DNA of 32,000 bases from Nitrosopumilus maritimus SCM1 (GCF_000018465.1 NC_010085.1:1170001-1202000), one strand, 5' to 3'. Counted from the stretch's first letter, positions 1 to 7,909 are shown. The notes: a model not told the origin generated them from the sequence alone. Numbers and translations: made by a program.

Positions 1-132
1 AGCCTGAACCATCAAACGGAATCAAAATCTTTTCCAATAAAGTATGACATTATTTTGAATATTTATTCTTAAATTCAAAAATCAGGTATGATAATTATAG
101 ATTCTAGTTCAGAACTTTGGTAGGTAAAATTT

Positions 133-906
133 TCAGTGTTTAGGCAGATTGTTTTCATCCAGATATGCATCCCATGCAATGATGCCACCTTCTAAAACCT
201 GAAAGTCAATTCCATGTTGTGCCAACTCGTATGTTGCTATGGTTGCACGATTGCCAGAACCACAAATAATTACTACTGGTTTATCAGTTGGGATTTCAGA
301 CAAATTTTCTTCAATAAAGATATCTGCTAATGGAATGTTTTTGCTTCCTGAAATCATGGTAACTTCTAATTCAGAAGGTTCTCGTACATCAAGAAGATAA
401 ACGTCATCTTGATTTTGTAATTGTTCATAGAGTTCTTCTGAAGAGGTTACAGTTGGAGTCATCTTTGTTGAAAGGTTTTCATCCCAAGACTGTATCCCAT
501 CAACAAGAAAAGAGGTTTTAATTCCTGCATCATTCATAATTTGTGCTGAGTTTAATGCACTACTTTGGGAATCTCCAACAAGAACGACATGCATATTTTG
601 TGTTACTTCAGGAATTCTGCCAAACATTGTTTTGATTCTCTTATCAAGTGTTGCACCTTCCATTACATCAACTGAAGAACCTGCAATATGTCCATCCACA
701 TATGAGTTTGAATTCCGCATATCAATTACTACTAGATTAGGATCAAGTGTCATTTGTTGTTCTAGTTCACTTGAGGATATTGAAAATGGTTGATCAATAG
801 GGATTGCTGAAGGAGTTGGTTCAACTTCATATCCGATAAATCCTGCAGCCATTGCAATTACCACAATTACAGCAATTCCAATTCCTACAGGTATTACTTT
901 ATTCAA
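133..906 (-). CDS. Membrane-anchored/secreted protein with two rhodanese-like domains
   Basis: 257-aa ORF with N-terminal TM segment (IPVGIGIAVIVVIAMAAGFIGY). Domain 1 ('VVIDMRNSNSYVDGHIAGS') has no catalytic Cys loop; domain 2 ('VYLLDVREPSEL...PVVIICGSGNRATIA') has a typical active CxxGxR loop. Confidence 0.88.
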   Translation of the reverse strand: MNKVIPVGIGIAVIVVIAMAAGFIGYEVEPTPSAIPIDQPFSISSSELEQQMTLDPNLVVIDMRNSNSYVDGHIAGSSVDVMEGATLDKRIKTMFGRIPEVTQNMHVVLVGDSQSSALNSAQIMNDAGIKTSFLVDGIQSWDENLSTKMTPTVTSSEELYEQLQNQDDVYLLDVREPSELEVTMISGSKNIPLADIFIEENLSEIPTDKPVVIICGSGNRATIATYELAQHGIDFQVLEGGIIAWDAYLDENNLPKH

Positions 907-970
907 TGAGATAATTTACTCTGAGCTTTACTTAAAGATAATCAAATGCTTTGAGAGTTGAATCAATCAT

Positions 971-1528
971 ATGAAATTTTTTCAGAGAAATGTATCAAAG
1001 TTGATATGTAAAAAACATCTAATCTATACATTGGATAGAAAGACAAAGATTCTAAAAATTATTCAAGCAAATCCTGGAATCCATGTTAGGGGAGTGATAA
1101 AAGAGTCTAGTTTTGAAAATGGTGTAGTTACACATTATTTGAGACAGTTAACAGAAGATGGAGTCGTAAGGACACAGAAACGTTCTAGATATCATAGGTA
1201 CTATCCAGTAGATGTTGAAGAAAAAGAGTTCCCAGTAATTAGGAATATGCGCAAGCCAACAAAAAAAGAGATACTCTTTAGAATTATGGTAGAAGGTAAT
1301 CCATCATTCAAAGATCTTACCCTAAAAATTGACAAAAGTCCTTCAACAATATCCTGGAATGTATCTGAACTTGTGAAAGAAGGAGTAGTTGAGAAATGCA
1401 AAAAAGATGGCAAGCAATGTTACAGGGTAAAAGACAAAGAACTTTTCAAAAAAACATTCAAAAAAGAATTCACTAAATTATTTGATGAAAAACTAGAGCA
1501 CTCTGAAGATATCTTTTTGGCATTATAG
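971..1528 (+). CDS. Transcriptional regulator with tandem winged-helix domains
   Basis: 'ILKIIQANPGIHVRGVIKESSFENGVVTHYLRQLTEDGVV' followed by 'PSFKDLTLKIDKSPSTISWNVSELVKEGVVEK': two wHTH modules. Similar architecture to the 4343..4807 product. Confidence 0.85.
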   Translation: MKFFQRNVSKLICKKHLIYTLDRKTKILKIIQANPGIHVRGVIKESSFENGVVTHYLRQLTEDGVVRTQKRSRYHRYYPVDVEEKEFPVIRNMRKPTKKEILFRIMVEGNPSFKDLTLKIDKSPSTISWNVSELVKEGVVEKCKKDGKQCYRVKDKELFKKTFKKEFTKLFDEKLEHSEDIFLAL

Positions 1529-1571
1529 TGGTACATTCGACAAAATCGCCAAACCTGCTTTTTATCATAAT

Positions 1572-2039
1572 GTGCTAGTTTTCACAATGAAAGGATATCT
1601 AAAATATTCACTGTCTATTCCAGTGTTTGCAGCAGTATTTCTGCTTGCAGTAACTGCATTGCCAGCACAAGAACAACCTGCTGATGCATATGCAAGAACA
1701 GTAATGGTCCACATTACATCTGATGAGAATCACAGGGTATTGATGGGGGTTCAACATGCAAAGGCAATGCTAGATAGTGGAAAAAATGTTGCAGTTCTAC
1801 TTGATGTAGATGGCGTAAAAGCAGGGGTTAATCAACCAGACTCAAATCTATCTGCATCCAATGATCTTCTACAGCAATTTCTTGCAGACGGTGGAAGAGT
1901 AATTGCATGTCAGCACTGTGTTGGCATGGCAGGTTTCAGTATGAGTGATATGCTCCCAGGAGTTGAAATTGATTCACATCCAAACATGCCTAAAATGCAG
2001 AGATTGATTGATTCAGGTGCAGTAATCTTAGATTACTAA
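1572..2039 (+). CDS. Secreted DsrE/DsrF-like protein (true start probably ATG at 1587)
   Basis: Signal peptide (MKGYLKYSLSIPVFAAVFLLAVTALPAQ) then DsrE-like fold motifs 'HRVLMGVQHAKAMLDSGKNVAVLLDVDGVK', 'LLQQFLADGGRVIACQHCVGMAGF'. TATA-like 'ctttttatca' lies about 25 nt upstream of ATG 1587. Confidence 0.75.
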   Translation: MLVFTMKGYLKYSLSIPVFAAVFLLAVTALPAQEQPADAYARTVMVHITSDENHRVLMGVQHAKAMLDSGKNVAVLLDVDGVKAGVNQPDSNLSASNDLLQQFLADGGRVIACQHCVGMAGFSMSDMLPGVEIDSHPNMPKMQRLIDSGAVILDY

Positions 2040-2120
2040 TCCTTTTTTATTTTTTAATTTGAAAATCATTCGATAATGTCTCCAATTATTATTTAAGAAA
2101 TTTTGACGTAATAAAATCAA

Positions 2121-2441
2121 ATGTTAGAACAAAAAACAACTCAAAAAAAACCACCAGTAATTCCAGTGATTGCATTGATGGCAGGAGGATTAGCTGTTAT
2201 GCTAATTCTATTGTTAACGCCATGGAACTTTGTTCCAGTAGAAGTAACTGAAGCCATAACTGTACTTGAAGTTACAGAGTATGGTTGTGTTGGAGAATCA
2301 ATGTATGGTGTAAGTGTCGTAGTCTCTGAGTGTAGCGCAAAGGTAGGCGATGTTGTTTCAGCCTCATTTTACATTCCAGCAATGGAAGTAAACGGATTCT
2401 ATGACAAAGTTCAAGAAAGAGTCATGGCAGTTCAACCATAG
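2121..2441 (+). CDS. Small single-pass membrane protein, unknown function
   Basis: 106-aa ORF; TM segment 'VIPVIALMAGGLAVMLILLLTPWNF', then an extracytoplasmic domain with Cys residues (YGCVGES, VSECSAK). Confidence 0.7.
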   Translation: MLEQKTTQKKPPVIPVIALMAGGLAVMLILLLTPWNFVPVEVTEAITVLEVTEYGCVGESMYGVSVVVSECSAKVGDVVSASFYIPAMEVNGFYDKVQERVMAVQP

Positions 2442-2482
2442 ACAATTTCTTTTTTCTTTTTTTATTTCTAGTAAGAAATCAT

Positions 2483-2632
2483 TTAATCTTCAAACTCAGA
2501 TTCTGGAATTTTTTTATCTCCATTTTTTACATGGATTGAATTATGTTTTAATTTACAATCTGAACACATAACCATTCCACAATACATGCACATTACAGTA
2601 TGAACTGTAAGATGAGTACATCTTAGAGGCAT
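2483..2632 (-). CDS. Small Cys/His-rich (zinc-binding-like) protein, not in the supplied ORF track
   Basis: Translated by hand: MPLRCTHLTVHTVMCMYCGMVMCSDCKLKHNSIHVKNGDKKIPESEFED* (49 aa); C-x9-C-x2-C-x4-C-x2-C plus several His. Confidence 0.6.
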   Translation of the reverse strand: MPLRCTHLTVHTVMCMYCGMVMCSDCKLKHNSIHVKNGDKKIPESEFED

Positions 2633-2719
2633 GATTTTACCAGTCAATTATCAGAGTGATGGAGTTAGCACTCATAAAGAATTCGGAGTGTTTTTAAGAA
2701 AATCTTACAGAATGGTTTC

Positions 2720-2881
2720 ATGGATTTGAATACATTTTTTGGGTTGTGGATGGCAGGTTCAATTGTATTCATTGGAATTTCAGCATACAAATCAAGACAC
2801 ATAGACATTAGCAAATCAATTAGAAAACCAACAAAACCAACTTGGCCTAGAACAGAATTAGAAGAAGTTTTTGGAGTTTAG
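2720..2881 (+). CDS. Small membrane protein, not in the supplied ORF track
   Basis: Translated by hand: MDLNTFFGLWMAGSIVFIGISAYKSRHIDISKSIRKPTKPTWPRTELEEVFGV* (53 aa); TM segment then basic, Pro-rich cytoplasmic tail. Confidence 0.5.
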   Translation: MDLNTFFGLWMAGSIVFIGISAYKSRHIDISKSIRKPTKPTWPRTELEEVFGV

Positions 2882-2925
2882 AAAAAATAAAAGAAAAAAT
2901 GATTTGGAATAGTCAATTAATCACG

Positions 2926-3585
2926 TTAATCGTCTTTATCGTCGTTATTGTGATTAGACTTTTTTCCTTTTGCTGGGAATTTGCCGTCATCAATGTCAGC
3001 AGTACAACCAAAGCCTCCAAACCATGAAGGATTGTTGAATGCTGAGCCTCCGTCAGGAGCATCACGACAAATTGCCTTTACATCTATTGGAACATCCATT
3101 ACACCAAAGTAGTCAACAGTTCCAGTTACATGGTAACCATAGATTCCTGGTTGTGCTAGAATTTGTCTAGCATAATAATGACCTGGATCACCATGAACAC
3201 CGCCAACATCAGCATCTTTTACTAAAGGTTTGAAACCTTTTTCCACTGCTTTGTTGTACTGTCTATCATTTTTGTAATAGAATTTGTCAACTTTCAAATC
3301 AGCTTCTGCAAGATTTAGTTTAGTTCTAGTGTCACTAATGAATAACTCCATGTTATGTTCACCAGACCATTTTCCTGCTTCTTGTGCTCTTGTTGGTTCG
3401 TTGCTATGTCCCATGATAATTGTGATAAAACGTTGATCACCGTTTGGCAAAGTAAATGAAACTACTTGTCCACCGTGTGCAAAGGCTTCCTCAGATGAAG
3501 CAACTGAAAACAACATTACTGTTGCAACAGATGCAATCATAAACATTGAAGTATTCTTTGAGAACATTTTAGTCATGACCTCCAT
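2926..3585 (-). CDS. Secreted protein with predicted N-terminal His after signal cleavage; unknown function
   Basis: Signal peptide 'FMIASVATVMLFSVASSEEAFA|HGGQVV'; two Cys (AICRD, GFGCTA); charged Asn/Asp/Lys/His tail. Likely true start is the Met at 3576 (MFSKN), preceded by GGAGGT. Confidence 0.8.
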   Translation of the reverse strand: MEVMTKMFSKNTSMFMIASVATVMLFSVASSEEAFAHGGQVVSFTLPNGDQRFITIIMGHSNEPTRAQEAGKWSGEHNMELFISDTRTKLNLAEADLKVDKFYYKNDRQYNKAVEKGFKPLVKDADVGGVHGDPGHYYARQILAQPGIYGYHVTGTVDYFGVMDVPIDVKAICRDAPDGGSAFNNPSWFGGFGCTADIDDGKFPAKGKKSNHNNDDKDD

Positions 3586-4213
3586 GTCCTAATCCATCGT
3601 TATCATGTTCGTCATCATTTAGGTCATAGATTGTGTTAGCACTCAAGTCAACATATGGACCATCCGTATATGGAGCATCAGCAATGTTTCCTAGAACGCT
3701 TTGGATATTGATATCAACAATGTGTTGTCCAGAGAATGTAACATCAGAGGTTCCCAGATTAGCAATTGCTATATCAGTAACTCTTGGTGCTCCACCATTA
3801 AGTGGATCTGGAATATGTGCATGCCATACACATCTGTTGTCTCCGTTGGAAACCAGATCAATGTAGAATAATGGCATTGGCTCAATATGGGTAGCGCTGT
3901 TGTGCTCATCAATATGTCCGGCAATTACTGCAACTCTTGGTGCATTTGTATCGTCGTCTACAGGTACACATTCATCAGTTAGTAAGAAATGGCCAGATAC
4001 AAAATTTGGACTTGCATCGTACAAAGGCATGACCTCACCAGGTCCCAATGTAATACCATTCAAAGAGATGTGTGTGTTATCAGGAATATTATCACCTGAT
4101 ACTCCAGCCTCAAAGCTGTGACTTGCAAATGAATAACCACCAAATGCTAACGCAATTGTTAGAATTGCAGTGCCTGCAATCATAGATGTTTTTTTCTGTG
4201 TTAGAAAAGTCAT
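3569..4213 (-). CDS. Secreted protein with Asp/His/Gly-rich C-terminus; unknown function
   Basis: Signal/TM 'MIAGTAILTIALAFGGYSFA'; two Cys (TDECVP, DNRCVWHAH); tail 'DDEHDNDGLGHGGHD'. Overlaps the start of the 2926..3585 gene, implying an operon. Confidence 0.8.
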   Translation of the reverse strand: MTFLTQKKTSMIAGTAILTIALAFGGYSFASHSFEAGVSGDNIPDNTHISLNGITLGPGEVMPLYDASPNFVSGHFLLTDECVPVDDDTNAPRVAVIAGHIDEHNSATHIEPMPLFYIDLVSNGDNRCVWHAHIPDPLNGGAPRVTDIAIANLGTSDVTFSGQHIVDINIQSVLGNIADAPYTDGPYVDLSANTIYDLNDDEHDNDGLGHGGHD

Positions 4214-4248
4214 TGAATTTAATTTTTCAATTATATTAAAAACAAAAT

Positions 4249-4273
4249 TGGTACATTAGTAACTTGTACTGGT
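4249..4273. promoter_or_regulatory. Operator candidate, copy 1 (TGGTACATTAGTAACTTGTACTGGT)
   Basis: Contains GTACA-n9-TGTAC inverted repeat, just upstream of the TATA-like 'aatataat' (minus strand) of the 4213 gene. 20/25 identical to 4842..4866. Confidence 0.5.
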
Positions 4274-4342
4274 AGATTAGAAATAATCATTTTACGTTTG
4301 TAAAACATACCAGTATTGCAATTTTTAAAGTTGTTTTCAAAA

Positions 4343-4807
4343 TTATTTGTAAGAATTATTGATTTGACATTTTTTAATTAATTTTTTCAGCGTAGAATTT
4401 CTTTTAAGATAATATTTTTTTTCAGAATTTTCAAGTTTCAAAACCACTAAATCAGACGCTATTAGTTTAGATAAATTCTGAGAAATAGTTGGTGCAGATT
4501 TTCCCACCTTTTCTACAATTCTTTTGAATTTGAGACCATCTGAATCACTTAGTACAGACAAAATACGTCGTGATGTTTCTTTTCTTAAAAAAACAATAAT
4601 CCGGATTTCCTCATGCGTGATTGTAGGCGTAAAAAATCTAGTTTTGTTTTTTTCACGTTCAATTTTGATTGTTCCATTTGATTCTAGTTTAGTCAAATAG
4701 TAAGAAAGAACACCGTTCTTTAATCCAGATACTCGAATTATCTCACTATAGTGTAATCCAGGGTTTTTATGAATTATTTCAGTTAGCATAGATTCTCTAT
4801 CAGACAC
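4343..4807 (-). CDS. Transcriptional regulator with tandem winged-helix domains (GTG start)
   Basis: 'MLTEIIHKNPGLHYSEIIRVSGLKNGVLSYYLTKLESNGTI' and 'LKFKRIVEKVGKSAPTISQNLSKLIASDLVV'. Confidence 0.85.
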   Translation of the reverse strand: MSDRESMLTEIIHKNPGLHYSEIIRVSGLKNGVLSYYLTKLESNGTIKIEREKNKTRFFTPTITHEEIRIIVFLRKETSRRILSVLSDSDGLKFKRIVEKVGKSAPTISQNLSKLIASDLVVLKLENSEKKYYLKRNSTLKKLIKKCQINNSYK

Positions 4808-4841
4808 ACAGACGATTTTTCAAAAATGGTGAAAAAACAAC

Positions 4842-4866
4842 TGGTTCATTTGTCAAATGTACTGGT
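4842..4866. promoter_or_regulatory. Operator candidate, copy 2 (TGGTTCATTTGTCAAATGTACTGGT)
   Basis: Upstream of the wHTH gene 4343..4807, same layout as copy 1. Confidence 0.45.
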
Positions 4867-4916
4867 TTATTCAGAAAATTAACCATAGACTCAGCGCCTA
4901 TGTTTTTGTTCAATCA

Positions 4917-5300
4917 CTAGGGTTTAACATCTGGAAGTGAAGTAAATGCAGAATTTACTTCTCGAACTATATCTTGAGCGTTGGCATCTCGTTCTGCAGA
5001 TATCAATACAAGATATTCTTTAGTTGGAATGCTGATCATAGTGACATTAGTACGTCTTGAAACAATGTAATCAATAGAACCTAATTTTTCATCAAAATCT
5101 TTTCGCATCATATATTCTAGCATTAATTGAACATACATTCTACGATTTTCCTTATCAGGAAGAAAAGATGTTACACCTTCTTTAAAATTGCCTGCAATTT
5201 TGCTGCCCATATTGTTTATCACACCAACAAATCGAATTTTGGGCAATTCTAGAATTTTCTGACAAGATTGCTCAAATTTTGTAATTTCATCAGAAGACAT
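4917..5300 (-). CDS. Conserved-looking hypothetical cytoplasmic protein, probably archaeal lineage-specific
   Basis: 127-aa ORF, coding-like composition, no TM: 'FVGVINNMGSKIAGNFKEGVTSFLPDKENRRMYVQLMLEYMMRKDFDEKLG'. Confidence 0.7.
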   Translation of the reverse strand: MSSDEITKFEQSCQKILELPKIRFVGVINNMGSKIAGNFKEGVTSFLPDKENRRMYVQLMLEYMMRKDFDEKLGSIDYIVSRRTNVTMISIPTKEYLVLISAERDANAQDIVREVNSAFTSLPDVKP

Positions 5301-5355
5301 GAGTTATCTAAGACAGTATAGAATAAAAATAATAATTTTTTTCTTTTTTTTTTGA

Positions 5356-6123
5356 TTAACGTAATCCCCATCTGGACATTACCTTGTCTTCTAATTTCTT
5401 AAAGACAACACCATCTACTGCAAGTCCGATTCCCATGATTACAAGCATTATTGCAATTACTTGAGAAACATCATTTAGTGAACGTCCTGCATTGAGCAAA
5501 AAGCCCAGTCCTAGGAATGAAAACAGAATTTCAGCACCAATTACACCTCTCCAAGCAAAGGCCCAGCCTTGCTTAAAGCCTGAAATCATGTATGGAAATG
5601 CAGCTGGGATCAGCACAGCAGTAACTAGCTGACTGCCCTTTGCACCCATATTTCTTGCAGCTTCAATAAAGTGAGGATTGATGTTTTTGACACCAGTGTA
5701 GGTGTTAATGGTTACAGCAAAGATTGCACCAATTGCAGTAACAAAGATAATTCCTGCATCAGTCAAACCAAACCAAAGAATTGCAAGTGGCACCCATGCA
5801 ATTGATGGAATTGATTGTAAGCCCAATACCAAAGAACCAACAGTTTGATTTACAACTTCAACTCTTGCCATGAAAATTCCTAAAACAATGCCACCAGCAA
5901 TTGCAATTGCAAGTCCAACTGCCAATCTCCACATACTAGTTGCAATACCATAAAACAAGCTTCCATCAGCTGCACCATATGCCAAGTCTTCAGCTACCTC
6001 ATATGGAGATGGAAAAACATTATCAGGCCAAAGTCCAGTCATTGCAGTTATTTGCCAAACAGCGATAATACCAATGTAAAATGCAATTCTGTGAGGGGTG
6101 TAATTCTTTGCCATATCAATCAC
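5356..6123 (-). CDS. ABC transporter permease, NitT/TauT (SsuC/TauC) family
   Basis: Multiple TM segments; 'EAARNMGAKGSQLVTAVLIPAAFPYMISGFKQGWAFAWRGVIGAEIL' EAA-loop motif of the family. Confidence 0.92.
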   Translation of the reverse strand: MIDMAKNYTPHRIAFYIGIIAVWQITAMTGLWPDNVFPSPYEVAEDLAYGAADGSLFYGIATSMWRLAVGLAIAIAGGIVLGIFMARVEVVNQTVGSLVLGLQSIPSIAWVPLAILWFGLTDAGIIFVTAIGAIFAVTINTYTGVKNINPHFIEAARNMGAKGSQLVTAVLIPAAFPYMISGFKQGWAFAWRGVIGAEILFSFLGLGFLLNAGRSLNDVSQVIAIMLVIMGIGLAVDGVVFKKLEDKVMSRWGLR

Positions 6124-6884
6124 TGTTTGTTTTTCTTTACCTCAGGTCTTAGTTCAGATAGCAAGTCTTGTTGGAATTTTAATAATGATTCATCTTCAGA
6201 AACTCTTGGTCTAGGAAAATCATTTTCAACTTCTTTTTTGATTGTTGATGGACGGTTACTAAAAACAGCAACTTTGGTTCCAAGTACTGCAGCTTCTGCA
6301 ACACTATGAGTTACAAACAGAATAGTCTTTTTTGTTTTCTCCCAGATCAACTGCATCTCAACTAACAACAAATCACGAGTTTGTGCATCAAGTGCTGCAA
6401 ATGGTTCATCCATTAGTAATACGTCAGGATCCATCACAAGAGCTCTTGCTATTGCTACACGTTGTTTCATTCCTGTTGAAAGTTGGTAAGTGTACGAATC
6501 AGTGAATTTTGTTAATTGCATCATGTCAAGATATCTGTGAGATATCTTTGCACGTTCTTCTTTTGGAATTCCGGCCATCTTTAGTCCAAACTCTACGTTG
6601 TCTTGGACTGTAAGCCACGGAAACAATGCACCTTCTTGGAAGACCATGATTCTTTCAGGTCCAGTCTCACTTACAGGACGGCCATCAAAGAGAATTTGAC
6701 CCTCATCAGGCTTTTCCAAGCCTGCAACTATGCGCAAAAATGTCGACTTTCCACATCCAGAGGGCCCAATCAAACATACAAAGTCACCAGACTCTACTTT
6801 GAGGTCTACTCCACCTAGAGCCTTGAGCTTGTGAGAATCATGGCTAAAGTACTTTACAATATTTTTGGCCTCTAGTTTGGTCAT
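6120..6884 (-). CDS. ABC transporter ATP-binding protein, NitT/TauT family
   Basis: Walker A 'GPSGCGKST', Walker B 'VLLMDEPFAAL', H-loop 'FVTHSVAEA'; signature region reads 'YQLSTGMKQRVAIARAL'. Overlaps both neighbours by 1-4 nt. Confidence 0.95.
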   Translation of the reverse strand: MTKLEAKNIVKYFSHDSHKLKALGGVDLKVESGDFVCLIGPSGCGKSTFLRIVAGLEKPDEGQILFDGRPVSETGPERIMVFQEGALFPWLTVQDNVEFGLKMAGIPKEERAKISHRYLDMMQLTKFTDSYTYQLSTGMKQRVAIARALVMDPDVLLMDEPFAALDAQTRDLLLVEMQLIWEKTKKTILFVTHSVAEAAVLGTKVAVFSNRPSTIKKEVENDFPRPRVSEDESLLKFQQDLLSELRPEVKKNKQ

Positions 6885-7909
6885 TACGTGCTGGCCTCCT
6901 CTAGAGAATTTGTATCAAAGCTGTAAAAAATTCCAGACAAATCATATCCATTTCTTCCAAGATATCCCAAAGTATCTGCTTTTTCAGCAAATGAGACCAC
7001 AGAGTTTGGTTTTGGATCTGCAGTTATCATAATGTTGGATAGTGCAACATCTACAACATCATCAGAAAGTGATTGTCCCAAGTAAGAATCAAGAAAGTCA
7101 TTGAAAACATTTCTAGTTTCTATAGGATTTGATTCAATCCAAATTTGCGTTTCATGATGTGCACGAATATAGTCAGCCCATACTACACTGTTTTTATCAA
7201 TGTAATCTACATTTCCAATTAAGAGAACAGATGCAAACTCTTTGTCAGGCCAAAGTTCTTCTTCATGGAATAATCTTTTTCCATCAAGTTCGGTTTCTAA
7301 AATTGTTGCCCAAGGTTCTGCAACCCATGCACCATCAATGTCACCTTTTACAAACAAAGTATAGATGTCAGGGTTTGGAATATTATATACAACAACGTTT
7401 CCACCTTTCTCAGCTGGCTTTAGTTGGTTTTCAGCCAAAAAATGACGCAGTGAAACATCTTGTGTGTTTCCAATTTGAGGGGCAGCAATCTTTTTTCCTG
7501 CAAAGTCATCTGCAGTGTTTATTTCAGAATCAGGATGTACAATGAAACTTGCACCACCGCTTGCAGCGCCAGCAAGAATTTTTACATTTTGATTATTAGA
7601 ATTCAAAAATCCATTAATTGCAGGTCCAGGACCGACATATGCAATGTCAATAGAGTTTGCAAATAGAGATTCTATTGCTTGAGGTCCGCTATCAAAAACT
7701 TTGGTTTCAATCTTTACATCATCACCAAGATGCTCTGCAAAGAATCCTTTTTCCATCCCTACAATTGGAATGGCATGGCCAATGTTTGGAAAGTAAGCAA
7801 TCCGAATTTTATTTTCATAGGTAGTATCACTAGAGCTAAGAGCAATTCCAAGTGCAGAAAATACGATAATTGCCCCAATTCCTGCAGCAATTACCGAACG
7901 AATTTTCAT
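6884..7909 (-). CDS. ABC transporter substrate-binding protein, NitT/TauT (SsuA/NrtA-like); substrate unknown
   Basis: N-terminal signal/TM 'IAAGIGAIIVFSALGIAL', 'IRIAYFPNIGHAIPIVGMEKGFFAEHLG...AYVGPGPAINGFL'. Confidence 0.9.
   Translation of the reverse strand: MKIRSVIAAGIGAIIVFSALGIALSSSDTTYENKIRIAYFPNIGHAIPIVGMEKGFFAEHLGDDVKIETKVFDSGPQAIESLFANSIDIAYVGPGPAINGFLNSNNQNVKILAGAASGGASFIVHPDSEINTADDFAGKKIAAPQIGNTQDVSLRHFLAENQLKPAEKGGNVVVYNIPNPDIYTLFVKGDIDGAWVAEPWATILETELDGKRLFHEEELWPDKEFASVLLIGNVDYIDKNSVVWADYIRAHHETQIWIESNPIETRNVFNDFLDSYLGQSLSDDVVDVALSNIMITADPKPNSVVSFAEKADTLGYLGRNGYDLSGIFYSFDTNSLEEAST

Noticed and set aside
1201-1413. Antisense ORFs from the track (e.g. 1201..1413-, 3633..3866+, 6052..6309+, 8845..9099-, 12698..12991-, 20206..20454+, 27431..27691+)
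   Set aside because: Each lies opposite a confidently identified gene, lacks any recognisable motif, and has translation typical of shadow frames.
5336-5353. Long T-tract between the ABC permease and the 4917..5300 gene, initially considered a terminator
   Set aside because: Both flanking genes are on the minus strand, where this is an A-tract, so it is not a U-run terminator for them. Probably low-complexity promoter DNA.
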